64,000 nucleotides of DNA from Eledone cirrhosa (GCA_964016885.1 OZ024749.1:22444001-22508000); one strand, 5' to 3'. Shown: positions 1 through 14,610, counted from the first letter of the stretch. Translations and numbers: made by a program. The notes: generated from the sequence alone by a model not told the origin.

Positions 1-1968
1 ATGAGATCTTGCCGATAGAAAGTGAAATTCTTCAACCAGTATCCTGTAATGAGGTCTGGGCCTGGTGATTTCCTATTCGACATTTTCTGTAGAGCTGTTT
101 CCAGTATTGACCCATCTATGTCATATTGTTTTGTCTGGACATGTTGGCAGTAGTCCTGTTCCAGTTGTTTTAGCCAATTACCTTGTCTGTTGAATCCGTC
201 ATCCGTTTCCCATACAGATCTCCAGTAGCTCTCAACCTGTTCTTTTGAAGGGGTGTCGTTTACAGGGATTGAGCTTTTGCCACCGAAGCTGCGATAAACT
301 GATTTAGGATCTCTGGCAAACAATCTATTTAGCACTTGTCGTTTATGTGCTGTTGACTTATATTTTAGTCTTTCTGTTGTAGCTGTGAGTTGTTGTTTCA
401 ACTGGTGTAATTTGGAGTTCAAAGTTTTAAATTTTGTATCTCCAAATCATCTCTCTAACTTTTTCTTTAGGTCTTCCTGGTGTCGTGTGAACTTGCTCTC
501 TATGTTGCATTTCATAACGACTGCGATGTGTGAGATACTTCGTCTCAGGGACAACATTTTGGTTTTTAAATTTCGCATCCACGCTGGTTCAGGCTTTCTG
601 TTTGTATCTTGATTGCGTGGTTTTAGATGTGTGTTATATGCTAGCAATGTGACAGCTGAAACATATAACAAAACATTAAGCGTTTCAAATGTCGTTTCTA
701 CACCTTTAGATCGTATAGCCTTCAGATAATTGCCAGCTATTTCGTTCACCGCTTCCAATTCCAATTTAGTGGGTTCTTTACTGACTCTAGTGTTGTATGG
801 TCTGTCACTCACATTAAGGCTGTGTATCTCTTGAAACATATCGTTCCATATCACTTGTAGGGTGCCCACAAGTTTTTGGTGCTCTGTTTGTACAGTAGAG
901 TCATGAATTTCAGCCTCGTTGTTGATGTGGTGACAATTACTACTAGAGTCAGCTGACTTTTCTCGCTGTTCTTCAGTGGAAGTGGGATGGATTTCAGCAA
1001 AATTGTTGGTGAGCTGTTCACTGTTAGATTTAGCTGGCCATTCTCTTTGTCTGTCAGCGGAGGTGGGGTGGTTGTCTACAAGGGCTGTATTTGTAGTATC
1101 ACTCAATTCCGTTAGATGTATCAATTTACATCGAATGATACGTTTTGCCTGTTCATTTAAATGCTTTGGAGAAAAGTCTAATTCTGGGTGTTTGGAGTTC
1201 CATAAAGTTTTTAGCCTTTGCATAAAACCGAACTTTTGGGGTTCAGATTGTTTGTATGCTTCATATAATTCTTTGTTAAGCTCGTAGCTCCACTGTGTAC
1301 AATGGCTGTAGTTGCGATTTGGTCGAAGGAGACTTGTACTTTTTGCCATGATGAGTTCGTCTATTCACTAATATTTCGTATTTATTTTTCAAAATAGTCG
1401 ATGATCTTCTTTAAAAGTTACGACAAAGTTCTGTCAGAATCAAATTTAAAGTTATTCACAGCTTGGGTAATATTTCTTTTCAGTTAGTTTTTAATTCTAC
1501 AACTGTGTTTTAAACGTTGTTCTTGAATCGTTTGAATCGAGAACAAAAAGAACCGTTACTTAGTATATTCCTTTATGAATGTAATATAATATAACAACGC
1601 GGTATTTATATGTTAAAGTTTATGTATCATTCATATAAATAGGTGTTCTACAACCTATTCACAACATATTCACATATTTTTGTTTCTGAATCGAAAACGT
1701 TACTTGTATATTTCTTTATAAATGTAATATAACAACGTTGCATTTATATGTTAAAGTGTATGTATCGTTCATATATCATAAGTGTATGTATCGTTCATAT
1801 AAATAGGTGTTTTACAACACACTTACAGTTTAAACACTTATGTAGAATTATTGTATGTAATCTTACCGCGTAATGTAGCTCAACTTTTTCCAATATATGG
1901 TATGTTGCCATCATGTAAGCCGTAATTACACACGTCCGATTATCGGACACTGACCACAACGGTCGCCA
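1..1968 (-). mobile_element. 5' part of an R4/Dong-like non-LTR retrotransposon (continues off the left edge), one in-frame stop
   Basis: ORF 447..1349 N-terminus (WSYELNKELYEAY..SEP..GFMQRLKTLW) resembles that of the element at 54404 (WTKELNRTVMQCY..SNP..GYRRRMHNIW). The frame continues past the TGA at 447-449 into NRLF..YWRSVWE..KSPGPDLITGYWLK, the motif that opens the RT domain. The 5' boundary near 1968 is inferred. Confidence 0.8.
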
Positions 1969-1998
1969 TTTATGTATGTATGTATGTATGTATGTATG

Positions 1999-2385
1999 TT
2001 TGTCAAGGCAGAATTCTAGGAGAAGGAAAACTCTGATATAACACCTGCAACCCTGATGGTATCCAATGATGTTGACTTGTTCTTTTTGGTAAATATCATC
2101 TTGGTTAAGAGAGTGGGACTGGCTTTGTGCAGTGCCTTTGCCCACTATAAAGGCTTCACGGCACAGGCATTGCTTTGTATCTGGATATCTATCTGCAGTT
2201 GTCGTCACATGGTACAATGGGCCCAGTACTATGTGTCAGTAATTGTCACAAGTGTAGTGTTTGTACCAGTGTTTTCAAGTCGCTGGCTGGACTAAAAAGT
2301 CACACTCGTTCAGAGCATCGGTAGGGGTTCTCCTACATGGATATAAAGTAGTGGCCGTACTTGAAAACGAGTTGGCAGCCACCGT
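1999..2385 (+). mobile_element. 5'-truncated non-autonomous RTE-related retroelement in (TATG)n
   Basis: Closely similar to 40320-40709. Contains CTAGGAGAAGGAAAACTCTG, an RTE 5'-region-like motif. Flanked by (TATG)n on both sides. Confidence 0.6.
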
Positions 2386-3060
2386 GCATGTATGTATGTA
2401 TGTATGTATGTATGTATGTATGTATGTATGTATGTATGTATGTATGTATGTATGTATGTATGTATGTGTGTGGGTGTGTATGTATGTATGTATGTATGTA
2501 TGTATGTGTCCGTGTGTGTGTGTATGCATGTATGTATGTATGCATGTATGTGTGTGCGTGTGTGTGTATGTGTGTATGTATGTATGTATGTATGTATGTA
2601 TGTATGTATGTATGTATGTATGTATGTATGTATGTATGTATGTGTGTGTGTGTGTATTCTTCTGGTTTTATAATTTCACAAAGTTTTACCAATAAAAAGA
2701 GAGAGTCGGTTTCTAACATAGACACAAGACTCTCTCATTGGAATTTACACAACATCAACTAGGTAGATATGTATGTATGCATGTGTAGATATGGATGTTA
2801 ATGTACGTGTGGATGTGGATGTTTTGAGTTGTATGTGTGCATGTGTATATGCTTTGCATCTGTACATGTGTATATGCAGTTATTAGATGCAAAATTTTTG
2901 GAATGTCTTACATATTTTTACTGTTCCATTAATGGATTGTACTTGTAATTTCCTAACTAGTTGTGTTCTATCTGTTCCTGTGAAGCCTAGCTTCTCAAGA
3001 TTTGTATTGAGGCAGTTACTAACATATCCCAGTGCCCCAGTATGTATGTATGAATGTATG

Positions 3061-3124
<64 letters not shown>

Positions 3125-3313
3125 AACCAGTAAGACTCCGACGGCTGAGCTCAAGCCGTTTCGACGGCTATTTCTGGACTCTAAATATATATGTGTGTGT
3201 GTGTGTGTGTATATATATACCTATATATATATATATACATGCATATATATATATTTATTATATATATATATAGAGAGAGAGCGAAAGGTGGAGGGAGAGA
3301 CATGTATATATGT

Positions 3314-3412
<99 letters not shown>

Positions 3413-3540
3413 CACACATACACACACACATACAAACATACTCACACACGACCCCCCCCCCACACACACACACATACACATGCACACATGCTCACATATA
3501 CGCGTGCGCGCACACACACATATATATATATATATATATA
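2386..3540. repeat. (TATG)n, (TA)n and (CA)n microsatellite cluster
   Basis: Directly visible simple repeats. Confidence 0.95.
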
Positions 3541-3544
3541 ACAG

Positions 3545-3862
3545 GAGAGCGAAAAAGATCGAGAGGCCGTGAGAAAAAGTGATGAAAAACGAGAGAAAGC
3601 GAGAGAACGTGGGTGAGAGTGAGAGTGAACGAGAGAAAGCGAGAGAAAGCGACAGAACGTGAGAGAACGTGAGTGAGAGCAAGAGTACACGAGAGAAATC
3701 GGGAGAAAACGTGTGAGAAAGTGAGAGAAAACGAGAGAAAGTGAGAAAAAGCGAGAGAACCTGAGAGAAAGCGAGAGAAAGTGGGAGAAAGCGAAAGAAA
3801 GCGAGAGAACCTGAGAGAAAGTGAGAGAAAACTGGAGAAAGCGAGAGAAAGCGAGAGAAAAT
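3545..3862. repeat. Degenerate 10-bp purine-rich minisatellite (GAGAGAAAGC/GAGAGAACGT)
   Basis: About 30 imperfect tandem 10-mers. Confidence 0.85.
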
Positions 3863-5479
3863 GTGTCCTTAGGAAACATCAAGAGGACTTTGGAAGCCAA
3901 ATTAATGGTGTAAATTGATGATAGATTTTGTCTTGTCTTATATATGAGTTGGACATTTCTTTAATCTCTTCTCCCCCGACATTTCAGTCACAGTCAGGGA
4001 ATTGAAAATCTGATTAAAATGGCGCTCCTTGCGAAAATCGAAATAATATATATATAAAAACAATAATAATAAATAAGATAAAATAAAAAATATTAGAAAA
4101 TGTGGTTTTAGTAGGTTTCCATGTTAAAATCTGATGGTGGTACACAACCCCAAATGACTGATTGCACATACATATTGATATACATACACACATATAGACA
4201 TACATATATGTATACACATACATATACGTATACATGTTAAAATCTGATGATGCTACACAGCCCAAAATGACTGATTACACGTACATATATACATACATAT
4301 ACACATATACACACATATAATGATGCATTCACACACACATATATACACTCACAAAAATACACACACATACATATACATACATAGATACTCACACACTCAC
4401 AAACAGAGACATATATACAAATACACACACTTACAAACTCACATGCACACACAGAGAAACGCACAAAAACATAAAAAGATACACACAAACACAGACATAC
4501 ATGCAATAACACGCACATACAAACTCACATGAACACATACATACACACACACAACATATACACATACATAATCATACACACATACAAATAAACACATACA
4601 TACTTACATGTGTGCATACACACACACACACACACACACAACTACAAATAAATATACAAACTCGCATACACACACACTCATACAGAAATACACTCACCTA
4701 CACACACAAAACACACATATATACACACATATACAAACACACATACACATTGTATTTCTGTATGAGTGTATGTGTATGTGAGTTAGTATATGTGTGTATA
4801 AATGTGTGTGTTTTTGTGTGTGTAGGTGAGTGTATTTCTGTATGAGTGTATGTGTATGCGAGTTTGTATAAGCATTTGTAGTTGTGTGTGTGTGTGTGTG
4901 CACACTCATGTAAGTATGTATGTGTAAGTATGTATTTGTATGTGTGTATGATTATGTATGTGTATATTTTTATACACTCACACGCAAATAAACGCACATA
5001 CACACATAGAAACATCACATGCACACACACACACAAACACATACAGACAGACACTCACATACACATACACAAACACATACAGGCACACACACACTCACAC
5101 ACAGCTACTGTGTCAAAGATGAGTTCAAAATGAGAAGTACACACACACACTAACTCACACACACACACACACATACACACACACACACACGCAGGAACAC
5201 ACACGTACACGTACACATACACAAACACATACACATATAAAAAACACACACACAAACACACACTCAAGCAGGAACAAACTCATAAACATACACAGACACG
5301 CACACATACACACACACACGCAAACACATACATACATAAAAACACACACACACACATACACACAAGCACACACATACACACACACACACATACACATTCA
5401 CACATACACGCTCACCCATCACACACACAAACGCACACATACACATATACATACACACACAAACGCACATACGCATTCA

Positions 5480-6179
5480 CACATACAAGCTCACCCATCA
5501 CACACACACACACACACATACACACACACATACATACACACACGGCTACAATGTGAAGGTCGTGATGAAGATGACTGATCACAAACACACACACATACAT
5601 ATATACACTCTCCCTCTCTCTCTCTCTCACACACACAAATACACACACGCACAAACACACACAGACACACATACTCTCTCGCTCTCTCTCTCAGACACAC
5701 ACACAGACACACACGGCTACAGTGAGAAGCAGTGATCACAAACACACACACACATACACATTCACACATACACTCTAACACTCTCACACTCTCAAAAAAA
5801 CAAACAGACACAACCACACACACAAGCACACACAGACACACACAAACGCACAACCACACACACACACACAGACACACACTCACATACACGCACACACGCA
5901 CGGCTACAGTGAGAAGCGATCACAAACACACAGGCATAAACACACACACACACACTCTAACTCTCTCACCCAGTCGAAAACACAAACACAGACTCAACCA
6001 CACACACAACCACACACACACACACAAACACACCCACAGACACACACACACACCCACACACACTCACACACGGCTACAGTGTGAAGCGATCACAAACACA
6101 CAGGCATAAACACACACACACACACTCTAACTCTCTCACACAGTCGAAAACACAAACACAGACTCAACCACACACACAA

Positions 6180-6217
<38 letters not shown>

Positions 6218-6272
6218 CCACAGAAACACCCACACACCCACACACACTCACACACGGCTACAGTGTGAAGGA
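5480..6272. repeat. CA-rich compound tandem repeat (~170-190 bp units) with anchor CACGGCTACAGTG(T)GAAG
   Basis: Anchor recurs near 5541, 5712, 5899, 6069 and 6253. Confidence 0.8.
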
Positions 6273-6579
6273 CCTGATCAAGAAGTGAACGCGATATTGT
6301 TGGTGGTGTTGTTGTTGCCAGCAGTCATGTGAGGAGTGAGGTTTTCTAGGGTGGTTTTGTTCTTCTTTTCGATTTGGAATACTAACGAATGTAGAAGAGA
6401 TATATAGAGAGAGAGAGAGAGAGTGAGAGATTGAGGGAGACAGAGAGAGAGAGATAAAGAGAGATGGAGAGAGTGAGAGATGGAGAGAGAGATTGAGAGA
6501 GAGAGAGAGAGAGAGGGAGATGGAGAGAGAATGATATATATATATAGAAAGATATATATATATATATGTATATATATTG

Positions 6580-6950
6580 GCATATTAATCAGTGAGATTT
6601 TGGTTATCATGTTGAGCTCTGCTGAGGATCGAATTCCAACCGTGACCATCCCAACTGAAAGTTTTCGTGAAATAGTCTTTTCAAGACTATACAGAGCATT
6701 TGCAGTTGTTCCAAATTGAAGGATGAGTATTTTAGACTTTATTTTATCATGAGTTAAAGCTCTATCGATTTTTCCCTGGATTTCACTAAATTCTGTTGGA
6801 TAAATCTATATCCTGATTCTTTTTGAATTGAGTCTGAATTATTTTTCCCACATCTTACGTTAACTATTTTCCCATTTTGACGCTATAGTCACTTATATGT
6901 TTTGGAATACTGTTGGTTTCTTGCTACAATAATTTCTATAATTTTCATTT
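6580..6950 (+). mobile_element. Penelope-like pLTR-type non-coding element between (TA)n tracts
   Basis: Carries the hammerhead at 6616. Its 3' end recurs in reverse at 13329-13452 and 8133-8185. Confidence 0.6.
6616..6697 (+). ncRNA. Type I hammerhead ribozyme with full stem III
   Basis: Stem I GCTCTG/CAGAGC; core CTGAGGA (6622-6628); stem II CGAA/TTCG; GAAA (6669-6672); stem III TAGTCTT/AAGACTA; ATA cleavage triplet (cut after 6691). Confidence 0.8.
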
Positions 6951-7052
<102 letters not shown>

Positions 7053-7165
7053 AGAGAGAGAGGGGAGATGGATATATATATAGAGAGAGAGAAAGAAAGA
7101 GAGAGAGAGAGGGACAGAGAGAAGGAGAGATGGATATATATATATAGAGAGTGAGAGAGATAGAA

Positions 7166-7243
<78 letters not shown>

Positions 7244-7753
7244 TGTGAGCATGTGAGTGTTTGTGAGAGAGATAGAGATAGAAAGAGTGACAGAACGAGA
7301 GAAAGAGAGGGGAAGGGGAGAGATAAATGTGAGTGATAGAATAGGAGGGGGAGAAATACCAGAAGGAATCAAAGAAAGTAGTCAAGAGAGAGAAAGAGAT
7401 AGTGAGAGAAAGAGAGAGGGAGAGGGAGATAGTTGGACCAGAAACAAAGAGAGCTCGAGAGAAGAATGAGTAGATGAAGAGAGTAATAGAATAAAAATAA
7501 GACAGAAGCAAAAAAAAAAGAGAAAAGCAAGAAGTAACAGAGAATGGGGGTGGAGAAAGAGAAATAAAGGTTGGCTTAAAGAGCAGGAATGAGGCTATAA
7601 ATATTCCAAACAAATTCATTTTAGTCAAAGTCTTCTTTTTAAACTACCGTCCTTAATATATTTTGTTTACCTTAATTTAACCTGTTGACTTACCAACTAC
7701 CCGTCCCTTTTCCACCATATTTCTCTCGTTCTATTTGTGTTATATATATATAT

Positions 7754-7955
7754 TCAACTATCTGGCAGAAGGGTATACGGTGCTAACAAGCTTGAAACTA
7801 GTACATAGTTCCTGTGTCAGTGTTGAACAAAAAGGTGACGTGGTTGCCTTAACACCGTATGGCATAAATCAGGCTGTTCGCTTGTTTACAAACGGACAAA
7901 GCGGGCGTTATAATAAACGTTCGCTAAACTGATACGTACGTGTATATATGTGTAC

Positions 7956-8006
<51 letters not shown>

Positions 8007-8101
8007 TGCTACTGTTCGTCTGTATACATATATGTATGTACGTATACATACATACTTACATTTAAGTAAGTGCTGTACTAAGAGTGAGAAATGAAATTTC
8101 G

Positions 8102-8107
<6 letters not shown>
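7754..8107 (+). mobile_element. Decayed solo copy of the 442-bp hammerhead repeat unit
   Basis: Reverse complement of the unit at 49.2-50.4 kb. The hammerhead core is partly deleted (CGGTGCTAAC-AAGCTTGAAACTAGTACATAG). Confidence 0.8.
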
Positions 8108-8137
<30 letters not shown>

Positions 8138-8218
8138 GAAAAGTATAGAAATTATTGCAGCAAGAAGCTAACAGTATTCCATATATAGAAGTGGTTTCAC
8201 AACAGTTTGTTCACCATA

Positions 8219-8258
8219 CCGAGAGCAATTGTTTCACCTTAGCGGATCCTCAGCTCGG
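8219..8258 (-). ncRNA. Degenerate minimal hammerhead
   Basis: Minus strand reads CCGAG-CTGAGGA-TCC.GCTAA.GGT-GAAAC-AATT-GCT-CTCGG; the cleavage triplet is non-canonical. A related fragment lies at 46443-46474. Confidence 0.5.
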
Positions 8259-8267
8259 AATATATTC

Positions 8268-8350
<83 letters not shown>

Positions 8351-8373
8351 CCCGTTCCAACCATCCGACTGAG

Positions 8374-8432
<59 letters not shown>

Positions 8433-8770
8433 CGATCAGCGGCTTTTAGACTCACCTGACTAAAGAAACAATTGTTAATACTGGAAATAAGCCCTATTGT
8501 ACAGCCGACCATGTTATTCTTCATTCTTTTGCTATATATATATAGAGAGAGAGAGAGAATAAGGAAATACAAAGTTTAGATGCTAAAGTCCTTTATTGAT
8601 AAGACTATCATACATATTTCGAGGACGACATTAGCTACGCAATTCAGTGTCGAAGCCACTGCCATGCTCTCCCCAGACAGCGTCTTACATAATAAAGTTA
8701 CAATCAAGGAGGAAATCTAAAACTAGTGACAAGGCAACGGACAAACAGGGATGCTTATGAATCGAATGCC

Positions 8771-8836
<66 letters not shown>

Positions 8837-9952
8837 GAGTGAATACGGGTCGATCCACACCCTATATGAATGGGGCGAAATCTTGTCAGCTATGTATCTC
8901 TGAAAAGTAGAATATACTCTCACAACTGTCTTCAAAGAAACGATGCTTAAATACGCGCCTGGATTGTTTCAATTATTGTCCCCACAAAGCTAAATTCGTT
9001 CTATAAATTGGTTGCGACTAGATTATTATTTTTGACCTTTCAATTTAACCGATGTTTCTTTGTGAAACACGAGTTACCTAACTTCTTTCTTGATAGAGTT
9101 AGCTTTTTTGTTCATTTAGAATTTTTTTGATCTAATTAAAGGGAAATGTCGGTGCAATGTTAAATCCAATGTTAAGACCAAATGTAAGAAAAATATAATA
9201 ACTCAGTTACACTTACAATAATAGTTGCATACATATGTATACGTTGGTATATACATTTATACATGCACACATACATACACACATAGTTACATCCATAAAT
9301 CAACCCTTCCATCCATACACACATCCATCCATCCATCCATCCATACATAGATACATGCATACATATATATATAAATACACATTTACATACATCCACACAT
9401 CTATACATACATGCAAACCTGCATATATATATACCTACATACATACATGGACGCATATATATATACCTACATACAAATGGACGCGGTATGTGACTTCAAA
9501 ATTTACAGAACATTCTTGCGATTCAAAGGATGACAATTTATTTTCTTTTACAACCTTGCCACCAGAAAGTTGGCCGGTCAAAAATATACTCGAAATTAAG
9601 AGAAAGAGAACATACATACATACATAAATAAACACATACATACATATATAAATACATACATACATAAATACATAAGTACATACGTACATACATACATACA
9701 TACATAGCTACATACATATGTACATCCATATGATGGCAGTGAACGAAAGCTAGCTGGTATAAGATACACAAGATAAAAGGCTGAAAAACAAAAGTTGAGT
9801 ATATGTTTAATGGAAGCCAACATTAAACTATTGTATTTTAATCTCAAAGCCTCCTTTATGCCAATACTTTCTAATCAATAACCACACATGTCTTTATAGA
9901 ATCCTCTAACTTAATTTACTTCTTATAAAAGCAGGGGCTCTTAATCCTATAT

Positions 9953-10025
<73 letters not shown>

Positions 10026-10027
<2 letters not shown>

Positions 10028-10461
10028 TTTAAAAGAATAGAGGTGTAACACACGAGTTATGATATAATGGTAAAAGGAAAAGAAAATGCTGACAAATTGT
10101 TGCCAGTGAAAAATAGTTTAATTAGGAATAAGTAAAAATTAGTAATAGTATTGGTTAGTATTCAGTTTTGGTTTTAAGTTTTACCGGTTGCGCATTTCTA
10201 ATGCTTTTCAAAAATAAGTTTGAGATAGAGCGCCCGTGATGTTTGCTCTAATCTGATTAGTTTTTCGAAAACTAATCAGATTAGAGCAAACATCACGGGC
10301 GCTCTATCTCAAACTTATTTTTGAAAAGCATTAGAAATGCGCAACCGGTAAAACTTAAAACCAAAACTGAATACTAACCAATACTATTACTCATTTTTAC
10401 TTATTCCTAATTAAACTATTTATCACTGGCAACAATTTGTCAGCATTTTCTTTTCCTTTTA

Positions 10462-10466
<5 letters not shown>
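10026..10466 (-). mobile_element. Foldback element, family A (arms ~200 bp, tail on left), in (TA)n
   Basis: Inverted repeat centred near 10265. Same family at 29809-30540 and 37517-38127. Confidence 0.85.
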
Positions 10467-10522
<56 letters not shown>

Positions 10523-10724
10523 TTATAGGATTAAAAGCCGCTGCTTTTATAATATATGTATATATATATATATATATATGTATATACTTGTGTATAGATA
10601 TATATCTGTGTGTGTATGTATATCTCTCTTTCTCTCTCTCTCTCTATATATATATATAAATAAATATATATATAAATATGCATACACTCAGAGATATATA
10701 TGTATAAATATGAACACACACATG

Positions 10725-10907
<183 letters not shown>

Positions 10908-10919
10908 TTGAACACACAC

Positions 10920-10969
<50 letters not shown>

Positions 10970-11024
10970 AAATATCTTTAAGTCGTTTGGAAGCCTCGAC
11001 ATTGCAAATGGGCAAATCTCCGGG

Positions 11025-12340
11025 TAACAAGATCCGGTGGTGGAGAGAGAGATGTAAGTAGGTGTACGTTGAGATGCGTGGTGTGTATAAGATGTGTAAG
11101 ATGTGTAGAAGAATGAAGGGAAGAGTATAAAGGATAAAATAAAAATAACAACACAAGAGAGAGTTACCTTGCGAGAGATTTAATAGACCCTATATATTTC
11201 GGATTCACATCCATCAACTGGGGTTTTTTCCCGAGGTGGGGGAAAAGTTGTCTGTCGGACAGGTGCGAAACGCGTCCTCCGCTGTTTGTTGTTTTGAATA
11301 TCTGAAGTATTCGGCAGAACGCGCGTGCGCGTGACATGGGATCGGTCGGGCAGAGGTCAGCGGCCGAATGAGGGAGTGGGGTGGCGCTAGTTGTCAGTCC
11401 ATTCTCTGCCTGTTTGTTAAATGTTACTGTGTGTGTGTGTGCGTGTGTTGTTGTCTCGCTTGAGTGTGTGTGTGCGTTTGTTGTTGCCTTGTTCCTCTGT
11501 ATTGGCAGTGTAGTATGTTCGTATGGTGGAATGCTACTGTGTGTGTGTGCGTGCGTGTGTGTAGTTGTCTCGTTTGTGTGTGTGTGTGTGTGTGCGTGTG
11601 TTGTGTGTTGCTGCATCGTTTGTTAACTTAAACCAGCCATCTCATTTCGCTTCTCTCTGGTTGTTTATTTGCGGTTGCAGGGGTTTGATAAAAAGCGCTT
11701 CCTTGACACGTAACGTGCCGGCGTTTCTTACAGTCGCTAGAATTGTGACAATGATCCTTCCGTCTTTGTTTCCGCATTTTTCTATGTGTTTGCGGAAAGA
11801 CGAGGCCCTGGCTTTAGTGTGTTCCTTGATCCGGATGTGCAAAGGTCGGATTGTGCTACCTATGTAGTATTGGTTGCACCTGTCACATTCTATCTCATAC
11901 ACGACGTACGTGCGCATGGCGTATCGGGCAGTCTCTGAGGGAGCATGCGTCAGTAGATTTCCCTGGTTTTCTGGAGAGACATCTTCGCAGGGAGGGGCCC
12001 GAGTGGGCCAGGTGGATGTCGAGGCCCTCCCTCCGTATAGCCTTGCGGATAGCGTTGGTGGTATTCTCGCCCAGGTGTGGCATTTTAAGGAAGCATTTGC
12101 CTTGGGTGCATCTCTGTCTCTTGTGTCAGGTGTCTCCTACTCTGTCTGTGAGCGTGGTAGGGTACCCGTTCGTCTCCAGCACCTCGAGGAATCGCTTGGT
12201 ATGAGTGACACCACTCGCGGAATCGCTGCATCTGTTTTTGATTCGCGCGATCTCGTTCGTGATGTATCCTCTTTTGGCACTGTTAGGGAGGGCGGACTTG
12301 TAGTGAACGAACAGGTCCCTGCAGGCTGCCTTTCGGTGGC
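11025..12340 (-). mobile_element. Penelope-like element 3' fragment (RT C-terminal region + GIY-YIG endonuclease + pLTR), frameshifted
   Basis: Minus-strand translation gives FVHYKSALP..K..LETNGYP, then C..C linker and VVYEIECDRCNQYYIGSTIRPLHIRIKEH..KEALFIKPLQPQIN (ORFs 11642..11917 and 11895..12083). Hammerhead-like remnant at 11187-11224. Confidence 0.85.
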
Positions 12341-12955
12341 TCCAGTGACATCTTTCACATATGTGATAATGACGTCACGTAATATTGTGACGTCTGAGAT
12401 ATATTCATCTGTCAGTGAAGACAACGATATCACGTGATTCACTGACCTATAACATAAAAGTTCAAGCAATTAACTAGCTAAGTTAATGAAACATACGATA
12501 GTTATCAATTATACACGCTGGATCTATTAGACCAGCTTTTACAATACTTATCGTCTGCTTAAAACCAACAATTGTATAGAATTAAATAGATTCAATGTGA
12601 CCTCAGTTGGCCAAACTTAATAATAATCATAAAATGCTCCTTTAATAAGAATATTAAAGTGTCGATTAAACGTTTCGTTTCGGAGTTTTTGCACGGTCAT
12701 TTATAATGTGTATTTGGGGCGTGTTGTGGTCAGTTAATTAGGAAAATATTGTAGATTAGTGAGTATTTAAGAACAAGATGATAATTATAAAGTATTGTAC
12801 AGATTTTGCCTTGCTTATTGACATGATTAAATGCTTACATAGTTCGTTACATCTTTATCTAGAAGCTTCTTTATACTTCAATTATACTTCAATTTGCTTC
12901 AGTTCACAGATCTAACATTACGGTACATTACATTGTACATAGATTTAAACCAATC

Positions 12956-12986
<31 letters not shown>

Positions 12987-13007
12987 CCATTCTCTCCCCC
13001 CCCCCCC

Positions 13008-13041
<34 letters not shown>

Positions 13042-13044
13042 GAT

Positions 13045-13075
<31 letters not shown>

Positions 13076-13097
13076 CCATCCCATTCTCTCTCCCCCC

Positions 13098-13129
<32 letters not shown>

Positions 13130-13448
13130 GATATATATATATAATGTATATATATATATATATATATATGAAAAAGTAATTCCTTCATCAGTGACCCTCC
13201 AACCGTCCCAGGCATTTCATCGCTTTAAGGGCCATATACCTCAGGTTGGTGCGAACAACGGCTAAAAAAAGTCGTTGGGACACGTAACTAAAGGGGACGT
13301 TAGGGTATATATATATATATATATATATAAATGAAAAGTATAGAAATTATTGTAGCCACAAGCCAACAGTATTCCATAATATATAAGTGACTATAGCGTC
13401 AAAATGGGAAAATAGTTAACGTAAGATGTGGGAAAAATAATTAAAACT

Positions 13449-13494
<46 letters not shown>

Positions 13495-13495
13495 A

Positions 13496-13725
13496 GAATT
13501 GAGATGGAGGGTTTGTGGTTTTTCTCTTTCTCATAGATGTGAGAAAAACCACAAACCCTCCATCTCAATTCTACTTTTGAAAAGCACAAGAACTGCGAAG
13601 CCGGTAAATATATTTAAAAAAAAAAACTCCAGTTGCATTTTCGATTTCATCTTTTTTTCTTATACTTTCACTCTGTAGGACACCTCGTTTTTTTTCTATT
13701 TTGTACAAAAACCTCACTTTCTAAT
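13496..13725 (+). mobile_element. Short foldback + tail element in (TA)n
   Basis: AGAATTGAGATGGAGGGTTTGTGGTTTTTCTC and its exact reverse complement (13496-13572), then a unique tail running to (TA)n. Confidence 0.55.
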
Positions 13726-13757
13726 ATATATATTATATGTATATATATTTACATATA

Positions 13758-13805
<48 letters not shown>

Positions 13806-13839
13806 ATATATATATGTACAGTAACAACGCTGTGCTTAT

Positions 13840-13877
<38 letters not shown>

Positions 13878-13891
13878 CTATATATATATGT

Positions 13892-13937
<46 letters not shown>

Positions 13938-14530
13938 ACACACACAAACACGTACCTAGCGTCGCATTTACTGTGACACAATGTAGCTGAAGATATGTGT
14001 TACATATCTTGTGTAACACAATATAGAGTACTCATCCTATTTTGTATAACACGTTATATATGAGTATTGTATGGAACATCTTATAAATAAATATTCGTCT
14101 GTCCTATATATTGACCTGTAACACTAATACTAGAAGTCTAATTGATTATCTACACAGATATATCGATTACGGTCTCTCCCTCTGTGTATAAGCACCAAAA
14201 CAAATAAATACACACATACACACACACACACATATATATATATGTTTACCCATGTGTGTATGTGTAGGTTTGTTGTTTTATTGTCTTTCTATTAGAATCT
14301 CTCTTTCTCCCCTTCTCTCTCTCTCTTTCTCCCCCCACCCCCACTATCTCACTCTCTTTCTCTCTCTCTCAATATATACATATCTGTCCATATATATATA
14401 TGGAGAGAGACAATGTTTATATAAGTCGTTCTGTAATTATGTCTGTAAATAGAAAAATACTCAGAACGTATCGTCCACAGAAGTAAGAAAAACAAACTAG
14501 AGAGAGATAGATAGATAGATAGATAGAGAG

Positions 14531-14610
<80 letters not shown>

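Noticed and set aside
4120-4280. CTGATGA within a short duplicated segment
   Set aside because: No GAAA, stem III or stem I partner, so not a hammerhead.
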